Positions 8,007-8,122 of a DNA stretch of 8,122 nt are shown here, in pieces (position 1 is the stretch's first letter; the number at the start of each line of letters is the position of its first letter). The DNA lies in contig JADGIF010000465.1 in NCBI GenBank assembly GCA_018985225.1, forward strand, positions 1 to 8,122, written 5' to 3'. Position numbers and translations under genes: made by a program. Below the pieces are notes generated by a model. That model ran no database searches and was not told the origin of the DNA. It worked only from the letters and a program-made list of their open reading frames with translations. This DNA comes from Amoeboradix gromovi X-113 (Eukaryota; Fungi; Sanchytriomycota).

Positions 8007-8037
8007 TGGGACATCAAATATAAAAACTGGACTAACT
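8007..8037. repeat. 31-bp dispersed direct repeat, copy 2; orphan candidate element end
   Basis: tgggacatcaaatataaaaactggactaact, same orientation as 960-990. Similarity stops abruptly after 8037, and the equivalent minus-strand frame is closed by TGA at 8088-8086. Confidence 0.9.
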
Positions 8038-8122
8038 TTCAGTAACAACTTGGAACATTATTTCAGCTTTATTAATTTTATGGATTCAAGAGGCGAGTGG
8101 ACATTCAGCTAGTTGCGGAGTT

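Noticed and set aside
7924-8110. ttcagct occurring three times, plus short hairpins upstream of the large gene (e.g. 7908-7926)
   Set aside because: Irregular spacing and short length; compatible with chance.

Overview
AT-rich window that looks eukaryotic, probably from an intron-poor or early-diverging fungus. That assignment is an inference from the one recognisable gene. The main feature is an intronless 1490-aa minus-strand gene (3156-7628) resembling the fungal DUF3684 / sacsin-like family, with an N-terminal GHKL (HATPase_c) ATPase and a C-terminal Wss1/WLM-like HExxH zinc-protease motif. A 313-aa orphan ORF (1463-2404, +) with a signal-peptide-like N-terminus converges on it. The ORF track misses an ATG-less 108-codon minus-strand frame (1311-985) reading ...EYRLRKCTFCLDAQRPHIFERDSGSSSFILKRG..., which resembles the zinc-finger plus RuvC-III C-terminus of Fanzor/TnpB RNA-guided nucleases. 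Its stop codon lies in a hairpin and in a 31-bp segment (960-990) that recurs, 28/31 identical and in the same orientation, at 8007-8037 with no nuclease sequence attached. This suggests a Fanzor-type element right end / omegaRNA 3' scaffold plus an orphan copy, together bracketing both protein genes. The remainder consists of degraded ORF-like sequence, a hairpin-rich stretch (124-540) and a 3x13-bp tandem repeat. All family calls come from motif recognition by eye; no searches were run.
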